Part shown: positions 53,600 to 64,000 of the stretch, one piece after another | How the letters are laid out: every line of letters starts with the position of its first letter | Position numbering within the stretch: position 1 is the stretch's first letter | Source: Gracilinanus agilis | Lineage: Eukaryota | NCBI RefSeq assembly: GCF_016433145.1 | Contig: NC_058131.1 | Location: forward strand, 654,299,633 to 654,363,632 | Direction of reading: 5' to 3' | Length of the DNA stretch: 64,000 nt | Notes under the pieces: generated by a model | Told to the model about the DNA's origin: nothing | Database searches by the model: none | What the model saw: only the letters and a program-made list of their open reading frames with translations | Translations under genes and position numbers: made by a program

Positions 53600-54110
53600 A
53601 AAGTGGTAAATGTTGGAATGTGGCAAAATTGTGGCAAGATTGGGACACTAATGCATTGTTGGAGGAGTTGTGAACTGATCCAACCATTCTGGAGGGCAAT
53701 TTAATTTGGAACTATGTCCAAAGGGATATAAAACGGTGCATACCCTTTGATTCCTTAATACCACTACTAGGCTTTTATCTCAAAAAGATAATAAAAAAGG
53801 CAAAGGACCTGCTGGTACAAAAATATTTATAGTACCTCTTTTTGTAATGGAAAATAATTAGAAATTGAGGGGATGTCCATTCCCTGGGGAATGGCTGAAC
53901 AAATTGTGGTATACATTGGTGATGGGATACTATTGTGATATAAGAAATGATATGCAAAATGATTTCAGAAAAGACTGGAAATATCTGCAGTAACTGATGC
54001 AGAGTGAAATAAATAGAACTAGAAGAACATTGTGCACAATAACAGCAATATTGGATGATGATTATCTGTGAAAACTTGGCTACTCTCAGTAATGCAATGA
54101 TCTAGCATAA
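53600..54110 (+). mobile_element. L1 3' fragment
   Basis: gggacactaatgcattgttggaggagttgtgaactgatccaaccattctggagggcaat...gaatggctgaacaaattgtggtata. Confidence 0.9.
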
Positions 54111-54923
54111 TTTCCTAATATACTTATTGATGATGATGATGATTGTTATGAGGAAAATTAGGATTTTATGCATTAAATATAAGTTAACAGCCAGGCTTTT
54201 TAGGCAAGACCTGAAAGTTCCAATGATGGAACAGTGGCTAGGAAGGAAGTTTAATCCTGAGAGAGACTCTGATATGGCTGAGAGCAGTTAGATGCTTATT
54301 TAACTGTCTCCAGTGAAGAGCCTAGGAAAGTGGATTTGTCACTTACAAGAAGTCATCTATCTTGTGAGGAAGTTCAGGTTTGAACACTGATCGTCTTCAT
54401 CTATTTGCAGATTAATTTGCTGTGGACCTGTGTTTCCTGGAAAATGTTAAATCATTGCTGGAGTGAAGAGGGCCCAGTAGTGAGACATCTAAATTCTTAC
54501 TACCCTGCCAAGCTTGACCTGACAGCCTGTTTTAGTGACAGAGTAGAGTGTTTGTCCCACCTTTCCAGTCCTGGAGTTTGTCCACAGATTCTTAGTTTGG
54601 TGTGATCTCTCCCTACATCTCTTGCCCTTAAACTCATCATTATACAGTTTTCATAACTTACTGACTACTTTCCTTCTCCACAAACATTCAAGGACCCACT
54701 AACTGAGTTGTTTGTTCCCTGGCTTAGATAAGAATGACAGTTAGGTTTAACTACCATTCCTAACCCTGACACCATTCACTTCCAGCTGTGTCCTGTGTTT
54801 GTGGGAGTGGGTGTGATTCCCCAATTCTATTTGTGCCAGGCAGTTATCTCTCTACACCCCATTTATTCCCCATTCATCCCTTTCACCCACTATTACCCTC
54901 TGTGTGTTTATTTACCCACTACC

Positions 54924-54924
<1 letters not shown>

Positions 54925-54993
<69 letters not shown>
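54925..54993. repeat. (GAT)23 microsatellite
   Basis: Read directly; it causes the poly-M and poly-D ORFs. Confidence 0.97.
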
Positions 54994-57129
54994 ACTATCC
55001 ACCTCCAGAGAAAGAACTGTTGGAGACTTCTTTCACATCAGTTCAGGTATGGTTTCATTTGGAGGTTTTGGTTATTATATGACTTTGCTCTTATAACAAT
55101 TACCACTATATGTGTGTTTTGCATGATAATAAAAATAAATTTTTTTTAAAGTCTGTATCTTGGTTGTACCCTTAGCACTTAAGACAGTGGCTCATACCTG
55201 GTAGATACTTACTGAATGCTTGTTGATGTGACTTGACTTCACAAACAGTTCTGTAAACAGCAAATCATAGAAGACATTTGGGGAAATCCAAGCATATCAT
55301 ATGAGCTTCTGTCTGCCTATCCCAAAGGTATAGTGAGCAGGGTCAGCACTCAAGTACTGAGAGAGATTGGAGGAAACAACCCAGATTAGAACAATTTATA
55401 TTCTACAGACTTCTCAAAGGCAATTCACTTCTTGTGCTCTCATATGCCATGCCAATCCAGCCTGATACAAGAAACATTTATTAAGTACCTACTGTATAAA
55501 GGACCTTATACTTGACAGCATGGACAGGAATGGGAGAGGGAACTAGAGAGCCAACAAGAAAACTTTCTTCTTCCCTGGAATGAGAGAGTTGCCATAATTA
55601 TTGGGAAGCTGATGTTCACAGAGAAGGGGCTGATATGAACCAAGTGAGCCACCTTGTGATGGGATGGCAAGTGTGGTACCATGCAAATAATACCAACTCT
55701 GGAGTCAGAGGACCTGGGTTCCTATCCTGCTCTGATGCAAACTTGTGAGACCTCAAAAAGTGGCTTAACTTCCTTGGGGCTCAGTTTCTTCCTCTAAAAT
55801 AAGAGAATCAGACTGACTGGCATTGGAGCTCCCCAGCAGCTAGCATCCTACTTTTCACATTATTCCAGATCTAGCATAGCGATGTTTTTAATCTGGAGAC
55901 AGAAAAACCAGGGATCGAATTCTGCCTTTGAGATTTACATCCCGTATGAGCTTAGAGAAATCATCTAATATCTCTGAGTTTCAGTTTGCCCCTTTATAAA
56001 CTAGCAATAATTATAATATCTATCCCTATTGTAAGGCTAAGTAAGATAATGTACAAAGTGCTTTACAAACTATATCAGTTGCTATCATTATTATCTACTT
56101 GTTGGCACCTTTTCATTTCATTTGTCAAATATAGGTGATAAAACCACCTAAAACACATAATTATTAAAATCTCATCCATACATTTTGGTTTTCTATCATA
56201 GTTATTTCTGAATATAGCTCTCTCTCCTTTTCTTAGCCCACTCTTATAGGGAGCTTTCCATTTAAAATTAGCAAAGCAAAACAAGCCAGCCTATGCCTGA
56301 AAGCATATATAATATTTCACATCCATAGCCCCCACCTTTCAAAAGAAAGTTGAGAGATGAATTTCTTTGTTTCTTCTTACTACCCAGCAGCTAGATGACA
56401 CAGGGAATGGAATTCCCTAGTCCTGGATTTAGGAAGACCATTTCAAATTCTTCTACCTCAGACATTTACCAGTCCTATGGCCCTGGACAAGTCATTTAAC
56501 CGCTGTATGTCTCAGTTTCCTCATTTAAAAAATTGGGATAATAATAGCACTTCCCTTCCATGTTTGTAGTGAGGATTAAAGATCATATCTGTAAAATGTT
56601 TAGCACAATGGCTTGCACAGAGTAGTGCTAAATAAATGCTTGTTTCCTTCTTTCCCTTTCTACTTGTCCAAAAGAATGCATTATAATGATAAATATTCAA
56701 TTTCTTTTTTTTGTTCTTTTAATTTGCATTATTGTTAAATTTATACTTTTTCTTGAATCTATTTACTTCACTGCATCTATTCATTAAGGTCTTCCCATGT
56801 TTCCCCTACTTCCTCATACTTGTCATTTTTGTAAAGCAATAATATTTTATTACATTCACATTCCACAATTTGCTCAGTTGCTCTAATTGATGGATCCCTA
56901 CATTTTCTAGTTTTTTGGTACAAAGAATTATGTGTGTGTGTAGGGAGGGGTATGTGTTTGTGTGGGTGTGTTGGGATGGGGAGATGTAGAAAGGATAAAC
57001 CTGTAAGCACAATTACATGACGGTTTTTATTGGGGAAAGGTTAATGGAAGGATTATTCATTTACTCATCACAATGTAAAATTTATAGCACTGAAGATCTC
57101 AAAAATCACCTCATTACCTCCCTTATAGA

Positions 57130-57545
57130 ATTATTTAGAAGGTCTTGTTAGACAGTGAACAGTAAAAAATATTACTGTGGGAGAAGCATGAGAAGTTGAA
57201 TGAATTGATGCACAGGGAAATCTGCAGGAACCAGGAAAACAATATATCATTGTAAATGAAAAGAGCAACAATTAAACAATCACAACTAAATGTTCCAAAA
57301 GCTTTGCCTAAAAGAAAAAATACAAGAAGGCACCTCCAGCCTGTTTTTGAAGAAATAGACATTTCTAGGTGTAGAATATTGCATATACTTTTCATCTATT
57401 TTCTTGTGTTGGATAGTTTTGCTGAATTGCATTTTCTCTGCTTTCTTTTCCCTTTTTAATGTATATATTAAAAGGTATGACTCTAGTAAGGAAAGGAAGG
57501 GGAGATTTAGGAGTGAAGGTGATATAATATTAAAATATACCAATA
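57130..57545 (+). mobile_element. L1 3' UTR-like fragment
   Basis: gaattgatgcacagggaaatctgcaggaaccaggaaaacaatatatc...gaatattgcatatact...ggatagttttgctgaattgc. Confidence 0.7.
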
Positions 57546-57658
57546 TAGGAATGGTTTTTAAGTGCTGATATGGGATAATTGGCTAATTTAGCTACTTCTG
57601 ACTGCCTGACTTAGTGACTGGACAGCCTGGCAGGTGCCAAGTTGATCTTTGTGACTCT

Positions 57659-58143
57659 TGTAAGAGGGAAATAGGTTTTAAAGTATTTAAATCTAATTTT
57701 GTAACCATATGTTCCACCCTATGACTCATTAGACCCTGTCTGCTAATCAGTGTTTTTTAGAAGGGCTCCATCCTTTTCAACAAACTGTCCTCCTTGAACC
57801 TTTCCTGAGAGCCTCTGGGAGAACAAGCCACTTCTGCTTGAAAATTTAGGGTCTGACCCAATCTCACCTTTTTTTTGCCTTTAATGAGAGCCTTGGGCTC
57901 TAGGCTATTCCCTTTAGACAACTTGACCTTGCATACCTGAGCTGCCCTTGGCTAGTGCTATGTGTGGGCAGGGACTTGGTCTCTTCCCCCAGAACTCAGC
58001 ATCATGCTTTGCACATATGGGAAGATTTTGTTACTTTGGTTAGAGAACTCCCTTATGTGGGAACTCCTACTTTGGACTTAACTAATAAATAAAAACACTA
58101 TGTAAAGGATTTTAAATGCGATTATTCTTAAGTAAAATTTCCA
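57659..58143 (+). mobile_element. Possible solo LTR
   Basis: Block bounded by TGTAAGAGGG...TTTCCA with AATAAA at 58084; no TSD seen. Confidence 0.3.
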
Positions 58144-59102
58144 GGAATGTTATTGAACTTGTGATGACCAACCTGGAAGTAGAAAACACTGTTAAACATT
58201 TTCAAATTAAATTCCTTCTTGTGCCATAAGAAACGATGAGCAGGCTAATTAAAAAAAACTTGGAAAGGACTCTGAGATAGTGAACAGCAAAATGAGAGCA
58301 TTATACAATCTACAGCTACAGATTTAATACTTGAAGAATAACTTATGAATATACCTCCAGAAAAGGAACTGGAAAATAGAATTATAAAAGACATAATTTA
58401 TCTTTTACATATCTGTTTCCTGGATAATGTCTTGTATGATGTAAGGAGGGGAGAGAGGGACTGAGGCACTTGTAAGCAAACTTTATTAATAAAGAAAAAG
58501 AAAAAAAAGAAATTCCAATTAAAGACTTTGTAACAGTGACATACTTTCAAACAGTTTCACATTTCATCTTGGAATTCTTGTCATGATGGCTAATTTTTTT
58601 AATGTTTATTTTATTTAGTCTTGTAAAGTAACTTGATATGAGAAATATAATTTAAGTTGATTTCAAGATTTTGTAACTTTGAAATATACACCTAATTTAG
58701 TTTTATTATGGAGTTAATTGAGGCTTATAAAGGTTAAACTACTTGTAGAGAGTCACAAAGATCTAACTCTTAGGGAAAGGATTTAAGCTCATATCTTCCT
58801 GACTTCTAGCCCAGCATTCTATTCACTGCCATGAGGCTTTGTACTGGGTAGATGCGATAATTAAACTACTAATTAGACTAATTGAAGTCATATTTTTCAC
58901 AGGCATCAAACTTTCACTTCAATTCAAAGAAACATTTATTAATGTTCTGTGTGGGCACTTGTCTTAATCTGTGCTAGGACAATCAACAAACTAACAGATA
59001 ATTTGTTTGCCTAGAGGTACTAGGATCTGAGCAAAGTACATACAAGAGAAATATAATATGTGATCTTTATCCTTGTGGAGTTAATAGTTTAATTGTAGCT
59101 TG

Positions 59103-60724
59103 ATATTTTGTGTTTTCTTTTTGGAGGGGTGGAGTAAGCTTGAAGGGACTCTTCCTCATACCCAACTTTGTGTCTTGGTCCTGACTCTGATTTGGTGTCT
59201 TTAAAGCAATTTCCCAAGTAGCTCACACTATGGGCAGCTGCAAGCCATGTGACTTCCTCTGGCTTCTACAGCTCTGCCAGTCCCATTCCTTTGGTGATCA
59301 GCTCAATGGCATCTGTGATTGCTTTATGACCTTTGATTAACACCTACTTTCCCAACTGGAGCTGGGAATATTTATTGAATCAGACCTTCAGATAACAAAC
59401 TAATAGATGATTTGTTTCCCCAGAGGTGCTATGTTCTGGGCAGACTATACACATCAAAAGTGTAAGATCTGGTCTCTACCCTCAAGGAGTTTATAGTTTA
59501 ATTAGGGAAACTAATAAAATTAAAGAACAGCCACCAGTAGTAGGGTTGACTTCACTTCTGCAATTCTTCTCGGTTTAAATTCCATGAACAAGAAGCCCAT
59601 TCCCAACCTCTGCAGCTTCCTTTTGGGTTTCTACCCCCATTAGATTGTAAACTCCACGAGGAAGGACTGTCTTTCTTTTTATTTGTATTCCCAGAACTTG
59701 GCACATAGTAGGTACTTAATAAATGTTTATTTCAATTGAATTGAAAGTTTGATGCCTACTACAAATACAACTCTAAATATCCTTGCTCTGAATTCCTGCC
59801 CTTCCCTGTCAATGGGTATGCAACATTGCATGGCAAACCATTTTACAAATGAAATTGAGAACAATGAACAGATTATCATTATCCCTACTTTACAATATGG
59901 AAACTGAGGCTCAGATAGTGATTCAACTGGATTCCACAGTTTGTAAAAGGATTTGAACTCAGGTTTTTGAGTCCACCTTTAGTGTTCTATCTACCAGACC
60001 ACATTATCTTTCCAATAAGGATGAAATTAGTTACCTTTCTAATGCTGTTATAGCCCAGATGTTGTTTCCCGAAGTAAACCTGAGCATGTGAACTACTTGC
60101 TTGACAAGAGCGGCTCAGATGACCTGATTGGGTAAGAGTGAGGCGGAAGATCTCTCTCCATGAAGTTTTTTTTCCCTTTTAAATATGCAGCAAGGGGACC
60201 AGATAACTGGAAAATATTATAATTGTCATGTCTGTATCTCTCAGCCTTTTAATCTCCAGTTTGGAAATATGATTTGGCCTTTGGCAACTAGACATTCATT
60301 TGTTACCTATGATCAAATAATAGTATTCTGACCAATGGTTTGCTTTTTTTTTTTTTTTGGTAAGTTCCTTCCAAATTTGGGAGTTTCATAGATGGATTGA
60401 TGATTTTATATTTTTTCTCCTCTGGTTAATATTTTGTGTTTCCTTTCCTTTATGTTGGGAGTGGGTAGGTGAACTTGAAGGAACTCTTCCTTGTATTAAC
60501 TTTGAGTCTTGATGCTGGCACTGACTGGAAGGATCTTCAAATCAGTTTCCCATTTAGCTCACAGATTCCCATTATGGGCAATCACAAGCCTTGTGACTTA
60601 CTCTGGCCTCTTCCACAACAGCTTTCACCTCTGCCAACACCATTTCTTTGGCGATCAGCTCAGTGGCATCTGTGATTGCTTTATGACCTATGGCTAACAC
60701 ATGTTTTCCCAAATGGGCTGGAAT
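59103..60724 (+). repeat. Diverged local direct repeat pair (59103-59369 and 60429-60724)
   Basis: Colinear homology, with a core ctttggYgatcagctcaRtggcatctgtgattgctttatgacct that is nearly identical. Confidence 0.88.
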
Positions 60725-61687
60725 GTGTTCTTACTAAAACGTGCTAGCTTATTCTACCACTGAACCACTCAGGCGTTTCCCCAGCTGAGTGGCTCCATTC
60801 TCCAGCACCCCATGTGGCATTCTGTTGCCACGGGTTTCCCCTTGCCTATCCCAATCACCAATGTGGGATTGTGTCTGATCAGAGAGTGTGAGAAGGCATA
60901 AACAGCCAATTAAATCAATCCAGAGAGGATGTCAAGCTAGGTAGGGGTGCAGACACCAAGGAGGACAGAAATGCAAATGGAAATTAGAAACTTTAAGAGC
61001 TCAGGCAGGAAATCAAAGAAGAGCCAACTTGAAAAAATGCAACCAGCTGGACATGGTTTGAATGGAGGGGAAATGTAGGAAGTAAAGATGGGAAGGGTGG
61101 GTAGGGAGGGAGACCTCTATCCAAGAAGCCAAGATGGAAGGAGACAGAAGTCAGGCTAGACTGGATTCTTGAGAGCAGGATTTATAGAAAGGAACATAAA
61201 TCTAGATCTTGGAAGGTACCTTGGAGTTCATCTAGTCCAACCTATTCGTGTTACAAATTGGAAAACCAAGCCTCAGAGGGGTACTCTACCATTTTGTCTA
61301 AATTCACAGTCATTTTAGGAGGAATAATTTACCTTTTCTTTAGCAAAGACCAGGCTCTTGAGACAGGGTGCAGATAATTTTCATTTAGAAGGGTGGAGGT
61401 ATAAGCACTGGAGAAGGAATAGCTGGGAAAGATCAATCTCTGAGCAGAGAGCTTAATGGTTCTCCTTTGAATTATAAAATTTCAGAGCTCCAAAGGACTT
61501 CAGCGATCATCTAGCCTAATGATTTCCTCTGCCAATTATTTTTTTTAGAAATAAAGAAACTGAGAACCAGAAAAAATTTCAAAGCCAAATAGGAGATTAG
61601 TGATAGATGGGACAATTTAGAGTCATTTTTTCTTTTCCCTCTCCCTCATAACCTTTATCTAATTAGTTGCCAAGTCATATTGATCAT

Positions 61688-62010
61688 TGGGCAGCTAGGT
61701 GGCAGAGTGGCTAGAGAGCTGGGCCAGGAAGCAGGAAGACTCATCTTCATGAGTTCAAATCTGACTTCAGGTTGGAGTAAGCAGGAGCAAAAAGTAGGTA
61801 GATGGGAGAGAGAAGTGTATTTCTTGATTGATATGTCTGCACATCCTAGCTATGTGACCCTGGTCAAGTCATTTCACCCTATTTGCCTTAGTTTCCTCAT
61901 CTGGAAAATGAGCTGGAGAAAAATATGACAAACCACTCTAGCATCTTTGCCAAGAAAATCCCAAATGGAGTCACAAAGAGTTGGACACAAATGAAATGAA
62001 CAACAACAAT
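61688..62010 (+). mobile_element. MAR1-type SINE carrying a ~70-bp foreign insert (61771-61839)
   Basis: Head, body and RTE-like tail are all present; the insert interrupts ...tctgacttcag|acac... and matches 62626-62697. Confidence 0.88.
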
Positions 62011-64000
62011 GATCCTCTCTCCCCAACATCTCCTGCATCCATCCACTTCTCTGTACTCTCCACTCACAAAGCCTTTGTTTTAGTTCAGGTCCTCATCACC
62101 TCTGGTCTGAGTTTTTGTAATAGTCTCCTAATTGGTTTGCTGCTACCAGTTTCTCTCTTCCCAATCTGTCCATAAAACAGCTGCCAAAATAAACTTAGAT
62201 GGTCAACCCCATGCTTTTCATTCAGAAATTTTGGCATCCTGTAGGCACAGCAGGCTATATATTGCAATTGGACTTCACGATCTCCTACCAGCAGAGGAGG
62301 AAACAATACAGACCACCATCCAGCCTCCTTAGGCCACAGAAGGGAAAAGCCCCGAGTCCCTGGGGAGATTGGTTTGATGCCCAGCTGCCCCTAGAAATTT
62401 TTTTATACTACAACTGCAGCTGCAATCCAGACTGTGGGTGGCCAGGAAGAGGCCTTCAGTGTGCTGGGAAAGTGTCTTGGGGTATTTGAGAGGCGCCAAT
62501 AAGCATGATGGCCAACCTGCCAAAGCAATGAAGACTTGCTGTCCTCCTTCCTGCTCTGACCTTGTCCATTCTCCCAAAGGGAACACAGAGTCCTGGGAAG
62601 GAATAGTGTGTGTGTTCAGGGCTGGGGTTGGAGCAAGCAGGAGCAAAGAGTAAGTAGATGGGAGACAGTAGTGTGTTTCTTGGCTGCATATATCTGTAGA
62701 AGGGAATTGGGATGGGGGAATAGAGTAAATAAAGGTAGTAACAATTCATTTTCTAACCCTCTTCAGCTCCTCCCACCACCAACAGATGAATTCCATATTT
62801 AGACCGGCTGATGTTGACTGCTTTTGCACATTTAAGTGTATTTGACTTTTCCAATTTCATGAAGTATTGAGCTGTTTATAGTTTGGAACCAATGTGCCAA
62901 TGATAGCAAACAAATCAAGAAATCATTCCCTACTTTGTGCCAGAGTCAAGAAAATAATGAAAGTCATAGTCCTGGACAATTATAGGTCAAAGAACTCCAA
63001 AGAAATGAAGAATATCAGCCCATTATTTACCATCTGTGGGTAGTTGAATGGAACTAATATGCCATCTACATTGGGATTTTGAGGAGCTGGGAAGAGAGCA
63101 GAGCACACTGACTCTCATTACTTCATAAATACTAAGGGAGAAAAGGAAGGAGGAATGTGAACTCCATTCTCTTCCATTTAGTGATACTGGATTTTATATG
63201 TTATATTATAATAATTTAAGTATATATACATATATAATATGCATATGCACGTGTGTGTGTGTGTGTGTATGTCTCTCATTCCTTGAATGTTCTCCTTCCT
63301 CCATTATGACTACTGATCTCCTTGGCTTCCTTTAAACCCCAACTAAAACTCTGCCCTTACAAGAAGCCTTCCCTAACACTTCTTAGTTCCAGTGCTTTCC
63401 TTCTGTTAATTATTTCCTATTTATCCTATATATTATTTGCTTTTATACATTTACTTGCATATTATTTCCCACACTAGCTTGTAAACTCCTTGAGGACAGG
63501 GACTATCTTCTGTCTCTTTTTGTATCCCTCTGCACTTAGCGCATAGTAAGTGCTTAATAAATAAATGTTTAGATTGATTGATTGGATTAGTCGTACATGT
63601 TTCCCAAAGGATAGACGAAATGTACTTTCACAAATACTTATACAATATGGTATCAATCTTAATAATTAAGGCATGCAAGATAAATGGTGACCTGTAAGTC
63701 AGGAATACTTAGGTTCAGGTTCTAACTCTGACACATATTGCTGAGTGATCCTGGAAAAGTCACCTAACCTCTCATGACTTCAGACAATTCTCTACCTCTG
63801 GTATTTGCAGAGAAAGTGCTAAATTGGGTTAATAGAAGATTTCTCATCTGGGAATTCCTTATACCGATTGTTTCCCTGTCCATGTGAGAGGTAAAATCAT
63901 TGAGAGCCTGAGAGAGGAGACATCTTGGGTCTTCTGGCTTCTAGGGCCAAGAGAAAAGATAAGCATTTCCTGATTTTCTCTGAATTTGGTCCCTGAAGGG

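Noticed and set aside
54788-55149. Poly-Met and poly-Asp ORFs
   Set aside because: They are translations of the (GAT)23 microsatellite.
1-64000. tRNA genes suggested by A/B-box-like heads
   Set aside because: All such heads continue into SINE bodies, and none forms a complete cloverleaf.

Overview
AT-rich, CpG-depleted mammalian genomic DNA that looks marsupial (opossum/didelphid-like). The basis is tRNA-derived SINE-1-type elements, MAR1-type SINEs with an RTE-like tail, dense MIR/L2/L3(CR1) relics, marsupial-type L1 3' fragments, hAT MITEs and one or two solo-LTR-like segments. I recognise no protein-coding gene. The supplied ORFs are explained by repeats, microsatellites, N-gaps or chance, so the window is intergenic or deep-intronic. 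Two large tandem duplications (35018-38003/38005-40990 and 46482-48495/48497-50509) are each joined by a single N and are very probably assembly artefacts. The features most worth a second look are a 99-bp higher-order AT-rich minisatellite, an old local duplication with a conserved core (59.0-60.7 kb), a ~70-bp locally templated insert inside a SINE, a 129-bp dispersed duplicate, several CpG-retaining non-repeat islands (candidate conserved or regulatory elements), young SINE insertions with perfect TSDs, and a few weak splice-flanked exon candidates. I see no convincing new biological system. Repeat family names come from recalled consensus similarity, not from a database search.
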